Shown here: one piece after another, positions 55,343 to 64,000 of the stretch
Numbering within the stretch: the stretch's first letter is position 1
How the letters are laid out: every line of letters begins with the position of its first letter
NCBI RefSeq assembly: GCF_006345805.1
Contig: NC_042997.1
Span: 122,078,001-122,142,000, forward strand
Length of the DNA: 64,000 nucleotides
Direction of reading: 5' to 3'
Origin: Octopus sinensis
Lineage: Eukaryota
The notes under the pieces: generated by a model
Told to the model about the DNA's origin: nothing
Databases searched by the model: none
The model's input: the letters and a program-made list of their open reading frames with translations, nothing else
Program-made: the position numbers and the translations under genes

Positions 55343-56991
55343 AATATATTGAGAGAGAGAGAGAGTTATATGTGCGTTCCTCTGTGTGTGTGCGTGCGTG
55401 CGTATGCGTATATAGATAGATAGATAACTATACACAAGCATACATTTAATGCTTTGCTCATAGTATTTTTGTATTTATTAGTTGAAATAGTAGGCAACAA
55501 GGATAAAATTTGCCATTATTTTAGTGGCGTCAATAATGAAAGGAAGGAGACTGCATAGGTATATTACTATATTCAGTTATGTACTATGTATCGCTTTAGT
55601 TACCACTATCATAAAATAAGTTTTCACCGTTGAAAACTTAATCTAAGTATAATTACGCAAAAACTAATTATTCAGTTATACAGAATACCATGTTAGCAAT
55701 CGCGGTTGGAAAAAAAATACCAAATATTGTATAACCTACGTCTGAATATCAAAACAGTTCATTTAAGATAAAGAGTTTCTTGATTCGATTGCTATTTTAT
55801 TATATTTGCTTTTTCGGTGTTGCCTTGTTTTAAGAATATAGTTTACGTTACACTATTAATATCAACATTTTGATAACACCCGCTTACGAAAACGAAGAGC
55901 ATTTTCTGCCTCTGGTTTATTCTAAATGTTTAATTCAGCGTCACACATTCCATGTCATTCGTTGTAAAGAATATTTATGTCAATATTGACAGATTATGTA
56001 ACAACAGATAATCGTTTGATAGCGGCAAAAGGAATGGCTCCATTCGTAAACGAAAGTGCAATACCAAAATATCATGTTAAACAAGGATGTAGCAAAGAGA
56101 TTGTAAGGTATTTCAATGTGTTGCTTGCAAATCCATTCCCACGAAATTCTATCTCAATAAACATACATACATATAAATGCATACTCACGTGTGTTTGTGT
56201 GTGTGTGCATGAGCGCCTGCGTGTATTGTGTGTGTGTTTAAATGAATATCTGTGGACAAATATCTAAATAAACAAATTGTACTGCATTGAATTCGATATA
56301 CAAATATATATATACACGTTGCCATGTAAATAGGGAGAAAGAAAAGACAGACATTTTTCAGTTTTATTTGTTTATTCGCATCATTGTTGTAATATCTGCT
56401 CACCTAGGTTTCTCTCATAACTGCTATTTACTCTGCTGACTTGGTCACTGGTAAATACATCGGATGGATATTTGTATTGAGTATACGTATATATGCTCAT
56501 ATATATACGCATACAAATATTCATCTAATGTATTTACCAAGGACCAAGCATACGTATTTATGCTTATATGTACACACGCCCACACAATGCGCGCATATGG
56601 GTATGTATATGTACACATAAATTTATGTAAAAGCGTGTGTGTGTTTGTGTGTGTTGTGTATATATATATATATATATAAGTATATATATGTGTATGTATA
56701 TATATATAATTATATATATATATAAGTATATATGTGCGTGTGTATATACATATATATATATATATAAGTATATATATAAGTATATATATATAAGTACATA
56801 TGTGTGGGTGTGGGTATATATATATATAATATATTAATAAATAAAACATATGCATATATATATACATATATGTACGTACATACCTCTACATGTATATATA
56901 CACGCATATATGAGTACAGGACACCAAAAAAAACGTCGAACACAATGAGAAACGAAAATATAGACACAAACCCAAGGAACTGGACACTTCT

Positions 56992-57027
<36 letters not shown>

Positions 57028-57039
57028 TCAGTAATAATA

Positions 57040-57592
57040 TAGGTTGAAATTAATTAATTTGGAATAATCATTAATTTCACCAAGTAGATTTCGGCATGTA
57101 AAAGCCCCATTCGAGGAAAATTTAAGTAATACTAAGTAATTAAGGGTTTAGCAACGATTTGCCTCACCACACACCGACTTTAGAAATAGCAGTCAAAGAG
57201 TTATAGCTATTCTTTCTACTAAAATGGAGATCTCAGTAAAATCACAGCACTTAGAAGGCAGACGCAGGCAAGAGAGAAAGAAATGACGACAGTCATGCAA
57301 TATTAAGTCACCTACGGACGTACGTTACGAAATTAAGTTTTAGGAAAGCATAAGAATTAGATAATTATGTCTTACCCAACTTTTTTTCTCATCAGCGTAG
57401 GACACTACAATTATGAATAATTGTATATTAAATTTGGAGATACTAGAAGACATCACCTCAACTCCTAGTATCAGAGCGAGCTAAAGCCGTTACCAGTATC
57501 ACCAAATTCAAAGTGTGAATGAAAGTTTGTGTCACCAACCCCCTCCCACCAGCGTGCTGTCAAGACAAGATGTTGTGGTCATTTACTGGGAT
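57040..57592 (-). mobile_element. Family H3 unit, circularly permuted copy
   Basis: 57040-57150 matches 39525-39630, then 57150-57592 matches 39045-39497. Confidence 0.7.
57311..57401 (-). ncRNA. Type I hammerhead motif (family H3), one core substitution
   Basis: Minus strand reads cctacg-CTGATGA-g[60 nt]c-GTAA-cgtacg-TC-cgtagg. Helix I is a perfect 6 bp; GAAA has become GTAA. Confidence 0.65.
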
Positions 57593-58813
57593 ATATATAT
57601 ATGCTTTCATGTTTACGCCAGACCACATCATTCCGCTTGTTCCGGGCTCTTCAGCTGAAACAGAACACTGGCCGATTTGGTAGGAGAACCGAACCAGATG
57701 GACTGAGTATGTATGACTGCTTACAAGCATATAGGAACCCGAAACAATTTGCGAGAGTGTTGTACAAGCCACCAGGTCATATTCGCTTTCGATTCGCAGC
57801 AATTTAGTTATCTTGTCATTATTTGTTGCTATCATTATTTATATCTCTACAAACGTTATCGTCCATTATATCAATATAACCACGTATCACTTATGATCCA
57901 TATTCGTTCATATCTATATTTCTTCAGAGATAACACAATTACATTGAGAACTGTAAATACATTAGAAAAAATATGAATATATAAGTGGAAAAGTGAGAGG
58001 GGTGGAAATCGAATGAAAATGCTATAATCTTTTCTAAAATCTGATGTATATCTTTCCAGATTTGTTAGTGTGGTGTGAGTGCGGTTCATACGTATTTGTG
58101 CGTGAGTAAGTACACGCATGCACACATAAGCACACACACATACTTAATCAGACACACACACAAGCACATATATATATTTACAAAAATATTCTGTTTGCTT
58201 TTATATCAGAATTCTCAATCAACATATATTTGATATAATATTCTATCAGAAGACTCTTGAAAATACATTTTTCATATATTTATTACTTTCTATTCAATGA
58301 TTTCTTGTTTTCACACTTGCCTCCTTAGAATCACATCATTTAAGTGGTAGCCATATGAATCACTCAAAAGCCTAAATCTGATAATATTTTGTATATTTAT
58401 ATATACTTGAGAGTAAGGATGTAATGTAGCATTAATATTAATTTTCACGTTATGACGCTACATTACTATGCCAACTGGCATTCTCAATTTTACTTAACTC
58501 TATTCCACGCCAACTACAGTAAAACGTTTCAATAATTCACCTTTCTTACTGTACATTTACCCTATTTTTAAAATCTCGAAGCTTACATAGTAATACTTAT
58601 GTACGTCTTCGAATGAAATAATCATATATGCATATACACGCAATTGCTCGAACTAAGGAGAAAAAGGACAGCCAATAACAGATGAAAGGTCGTTTTTTAA
58701 GTTACTTGTCTTGTTTTCCATGTATTTCATATTGTTTACGTTTTATGACGTCCTGTAACCATGCACGCGTACCTGTATACATATATATGTATGTACATAT
58801 ATGTACGTATATA

Positions 58814-58879
<66 letters not shown>

Positions 58880-58944
58880 TATTATTATTTGATTGAACGC
58901 CACGCATCCATTTCCAAGTACATGTATCCTTATATAAGTGTGTG

Positions 58945-59212
58945 TACGGGTTTAGACGGAAACTGAAAGAAGCCTGTCGTATATAAATGTGTGTGAGTGT
59001 GTGTATGCGTGTGTGTGTTTGTGTGACTGTATTTGTCCTCCACACATTCGTTTGACAAACGATGTTGGTGTGTTTAAGTCCCCGTAACTTAGCGGTTCGG
59101 CATAAAGACTATCAGAATAAGTAGTAGGCTTGCAACGAATAAGTCCTTGGGGCGATTTGTTCGACTAAACGCGGTGCTCCAGTATGACTGCAGTCAAATG
59201 ACTAAATCTAGT
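58945..59212 (+). mobile_element. SINE family A, 3' two-thirds
   Basis: Aligns with family A. Confidence 0.85.
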
Positions 59213-59213
59213 A

Positions 59214-59245
<32 letters not shown>

Positions 59246-59500
59246 TTCGAAACGTGGAGTAAATGAAACTAAGGCGACTGAAGAAGGGGAATTTTCCTTG
59301 TTTTGTATGTCCTGTACTCTATTTTTTCGTTGTTTAAAGGAAATGTCCATTTCCTTGGTTTTGTGTTTATGTCTTCGATTCTCATTGTGTTCGACGTTTT
59401 TTGGGTGTCCTGTACCCATATACGCATGTATATATACATGTAGATGTAGGTACGTACATATATGTATGTATATATGCATATGTTTTATTTATTAATTTAT

Positions 59501-59568
<68 letters not shown>

Positions 59569-59571
59569 TGT

Positions 59572-59616
<45 letters not shown>

Positions 59617-60601
59617 TGTGTGTGTTGAAATTGTCTACATCATTGGATGCTAAAGAAGTCGTAAATGTTTAACAAAATTTTCTTTCTTATAGAGAGACGA
59701 CTAAACCCAGGAAGGGGTCTTTCACTTCCACCTGTTGGTCAACCGCTGAATCTATTGAAATCATTTGCACTTTTGACTGGTTTTGCTTTTCGTTTTTTCA
59801 TATCAAGCAGTCTCGGTACACTCATGAATACATACAGGGACTGCACTCATGAATACATACATACACACATACATACAACACACATACGACCACACAAACA
59901 AACACACACCCGCACACACACATATATGTCAGCTACCTAAATACAATATAGATATTTATACACACACACAAACGCACGCGCACACGCTCGCACACACGCA
60001 TATATATTCAGCCACCTAAATACAATATACAAATATGTACACACATACGCACATACACAAAAAACACACACATGCACACAAACACACATACACGATCGCA
60101 CACACATACACTCACACACATAATACATCCAGCCACCTAAATGCAATATACATATATGTACACACACATACTCAGACACACACACATACACTCACACACA
60201 TATATATATTAGAAATTTACAAAAAAAAAAAATACGAAGACAGGTGTAGAACATGATGGATTTAGCTGCATATGCACATATGCACATATAAAGAATGGAA
60301 GACAGAAACAGAAAGAGATAGAGACAAGGAGAGAAACAGAGAGAGAGAGAGAGAGACATGTAGAGAAAGAGAGAAGGAGAGAGGGAGTGACGATTGAGAG
60401 AGAGAGAGAGATAGTGCAAAATAAGAAATAGATGTAATCAGATATCCGATTTAATGTCCTAAATTATGTAACAGCGTCTCCGTACATTGTAAGTTACAAT
60501 CATAGTAATATCAATTTGGAATGCCATTACTCCAGAAACAATCGAAAACAGACACGAACGCCTTGTACAAGTGTGAATCCAATCGATATATATATATGTA
60601 T

Positions 60602-60635
<34 letters not shown>

Positions 60636-60640
60636 GTATG

Positions 60641-60724
<84 letters not shown>

Positions 60725-61326
60725 ACAAATTTGTAGCCTTAAGGCGATATGAGAAATCAAATTTTAAATGAAGAACTGGTTTGTTGCAGCATATGCCTAA
60801 GGTTAAGCATTCCAGTACTGTTTTGCAGCAAGTTATAATACGTTTAACATTCTAAATTTGGTGAGACTTCAGCATTAATTTTTAACTATATAACAAAATA
60901 TTGTGTTAACCGGAGAAGTATGACCACAAATGCTCATCCATAAACTTATCACTTAAAACTGAAATTTGTATGGTCTTTACGCAAGAGCATATTTCATTGT
61001 AGGCAAGAGTAGCTATCACGCGCGCATAAACGCATGTATGTATATACATACATACATACATACATACATACATACACACATACATACATACATACATACA
61101 TACATACATACATACATACATACATACACACGTACATACATACATACACACGTACATACATACATTATGTGTGTGTTAATGATATATGTAATTAAAAACT
61201 TGAAGGGAACGTTGGATCTTGAAGCATGTAAGCTATAATTAACAGCGTGTAAATTTTGGATTAAAAACCTATTGGATGTATATATGGATATATAGATAGG
61301 TGCACGCGTGAATGTGTAGCGAGAGG

Positions 61327-62190
61327 CTTTCTTTCCAACCACATGGTTCCGGGTTCAGTCTCAATGCGTGACACTTTGGGCAAGTGTCTTCTACTGTAGC
61401 CTCGTCAAGTGGTCGATTAGTTCGTCTAAAGGTGGTGCTCCAGCATGGCTGCAGTCAAATGTCTGACGAGTGAAAGACCAAAAGAATTAAAGAATTAAAG
61501 AATATATATATATATATATACATATAAATAAATATATATATATCTACATATAATACATATACACAGAGTTTTTTTTCCACCTCGTGGGGCGTAGTGAATT
61601 AGGCCACCAATGAAAGATATAATTTATTTCTTTATTTCTCTCAGGGTGCTAAACATAGAGGGGACAAACAAGGACAGACAAAGGGATTAAGTCGATTACA
61701 TCGACCTCAGTGCGTAACTGGTACTTATTTAATCGACCCCGAAAGGATGAAACGCAAAGTCGACCTCGGAGAATTTGAACTCAGAACGTAACGGCACACA
61801 AAATACTGCTAAGCAGTTCGCCCGGCGTGCTAACGATTCTTCCAGAGAAAGATATAATTAGAAGTATGTACAGTGTGTTCTGTATAAATTAGAGAATTTT
61901 TCATGTTTCCATTTTAGGGGAACAGTGTGATCTATTGTTAAACAGTTAGCGGGTTGGTTCTAAGTTGATAAGTCCGACTCCTATGCTCAAATGATACTTA
62001 TTATTCGATTATTGAACTGTTACTTATTCGTCGATTACATTGACTTCGGTAGTAAACTGGTAATTATTTTATCGACCCCAAAAGAATGAATGGTGAAGTC
62101 GACCTCGCTGGAATTTGAACTTAGAAGGTAAAGACCGATGAAATGCCGCTAAGCATTTTGTCTGACATGTTAACGATTCTGTAAGCCCAC
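61327..62190. mobile_element. SINE cluster: deleted family A (+, 61327-61500) and family B copies (-, 61625-61846 and 62015-62190)
   Basis: Alignment by eye to the other copies. Confidence 0.8.
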
Positions 62191-62228
62191 AGCCTTAAGA
62201 CATCTCAGTTATAGAAAAGAATTAACTG

Positions 62229-62885
62229 ATGATTCGCGTCAGGTATAAAAATGCCGACATCGTGACAGCTGCTGAATGTTGTGTGAAAGGTGTAAGACGT
62301 AACGGACCTGTTACAGACTGTTCCAACGGAGATTACGATGTCGTGCCAGCAAGAAGTGACACAGCTGGGGTTGTGATCGCGTCCATACACCGGAGTTCAC
62401 CCACAACAATTTTTTCACAGTACCTTAGACTCAATTCAAATGACTACGTGGGGCTGGTAGAGACCAGTCGCACCAAGCCGAGAGATTGTTGCTGCTGGAA
62501 GACCATGTGTGTGATAGCAGGATTCAGTTCCTTGTCATACCTCCAGAAAGAGTTAAATGTGGTTGTCCGAGGGTTACTATAACTTCACTAACCTCACTTT
62601 CTAGTCTCTTATGTAATCCGATTATAATCTTATGGATCAGTTCATGTAGAGTAACACACCATTCGCTCCGCTACAACATCAAGCCCAAACTGGTGGCAAT
62701 GGAAAACCTACCCAGGAAGGCAGTTAGGAACGCATGCACTAGGTTGGCTACTTTGAGTAAACTGTTATCTCCAACCATCCCCTGGTTGATAATTTTTGAT
62801 TATTTAAAACACTATATTTTTGGATGGGAGATTGTATTTTCTTTCCTTTCAAGGCAAGTTGTCAAATTTCGCCCGAACACACTAC
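62229..62885 (+). mobile_element. Internally deleted, degenerate Tc1/mariner (maT/DD37D-like) transposase
   Basis: N-terminal MIRVRYKNADIVTAAECCVKGVRR...DCSNGDYDVV and VHTPEF; C-terminal CNPIIILWISSCRVT...AMENLPRKAVRNACTRL, similar to the LNP.DY.VW...RACxRF end of such transposases. Weak TIR-like pair agtgtgttc (~61871) and gaacacact (~62875). Confidence 0.6.
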
Positions 62886-63399
62886 GATAATGCATTGCAA
62901 ATTTTTAAAACTCAAATATTCATGATGCTGATTACAATCTAATCGGCAATATCCATACTAAATTCCTCAATACCAATCTACCTCTCACTTTAGTCCATTT
63001 ATGTCCTTGGGCATTTTGATTTCGTTACAACAATTCTGGAAATAGTTTGCTTTTGGGTAATTCAGATCCTTTAATCATTAGTCATAGAAGTGATCAAATC
63101 AACATATTTAGATAAGATATGAATTCTGATTAGATTCGTAACAAAACAACAATTAGAATGTGAACAGTTATGAATATGCTAAAGTTTGACAAAAATTCTA
63201 TTTGATGAGATGCAGCAAGTTATTATTGCGCCTAGTCATTAACGTGACTTCTCTTATTTTGTATTTACTATTTTTTATTACACATTTATTATTTTAAAAT
63301 ATATTAACGGAATAAAATATGTCAAAATGGTGAAGACCCCCTTCGGTAGTGAATGATTTCTAAGCAAAAGTGCAGGAAAGATTGTTTATAGAGGCCTGG

Positions 63400-63628
63400 T
63401 AGTCACCTATGCACACCAGTCTCCCCTCTCCACGTCACAAGGGAATGCAAAAGCTGATACATCTTGGTATCAGTGATGTCACAACTCATTTCTACAGATG
63501 AGTGAACTGAAGCAACGTAAAACAAAATATCTTGCTCAAGCACACTACACATAGCCCGTTCCGGGAATCGAACTCACTACCACAAGATTGTGAGTTCGAC
63601 GCTCCAACCACAGATCCATTCACCTTCT
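63400..63628 (-). mobile_element. tRNA-derived SINE (another family)
   Basis: gggaatcgaactcac is the reverse complement of a B box (gtgagttcgattccc); the body tcttgctcaagcaca is related to family C. Confidence 0.75.
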
Positions 63629-64000
63629 CAGGTAAAAAAACTAAGTTACCCTGTGATTAAAAATTCCTATCCTTAGCAGTCACAGTATTTTCAATTATGA
63701 GTGAAGTTAGCAGAGCTCTATTTTGGTTTGGTGCATGATATCAACAAAATACACAGGAATACTTATAAAATTAGTCCATATGCTATTATCGTCTTATCTA
63801 TTTTTTATATAGACACACAGCGCGAATTTAACTGTCGATTACATCGTACCAGTACACAACTGGGATTTATTTTATTGTCACTACTAATTTTATTGCCTCT
63901 AAAATGACGAAAGCATTTATTGCCTCTAAATGGAGTTTTAATAAGCATTGTTACACAGTTTTACAAATCGCCATCCAGGCTGTTTTCGAAAGGATATATA

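Noticed and set aside
57619-57700. DHIIPL as an HNH nuclease motif
   Set aside because: The rest of the HNH pattern is absent and an in-frame stop follows.
59265-59300. ctgaagaagggg and upstream cgaaacgt as a hammerhead
   Set aside because: The halves are in the wrong order, helix II does not close onto GAAA, and H17 would be G.

Overview
This is AT-rich eukaryotic, essentially non-coding DNA. It is saturated with (TA)n/(CA)n/(TACA)n microsatellites and with tRNA-derived SINE families of the kind I recognise from octopus (coleoid cephalopod) genomes; the taxon is my inference. There is one 100-N scaffold gap. I found no intact gene, prokaryotic system or CRISPR array, and nearly all ORFs in the supplied track are microsatellite or SINE read-through. 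The window does contain about 30 SINE copies from 3-4 families and decayed R4/Dong-type, Penelope-like, Tigger/pogo-like and maT/Tc1-mariner elements. It also has non-autonomous Helitron-like elements, several long fold-back palindromes and a degenerate 30-bp minisatellite. The most interesting signal is at the RNA level: three unrelated repeat families each carry a type I hammerhead ribozyme motif (5 motif copies in total). One family is a ~584-bp unit present as a terminally redundant copy at 39.0-39.7 kb and as a circularly permuted copy at 57.0-57.6 kb, the layout expected of a retrozyme or Penelope-derived circular-RNA retroelement. Candidate host exons are listed only at low confidence. 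Repeat boundaries are read by eye and are approximate.
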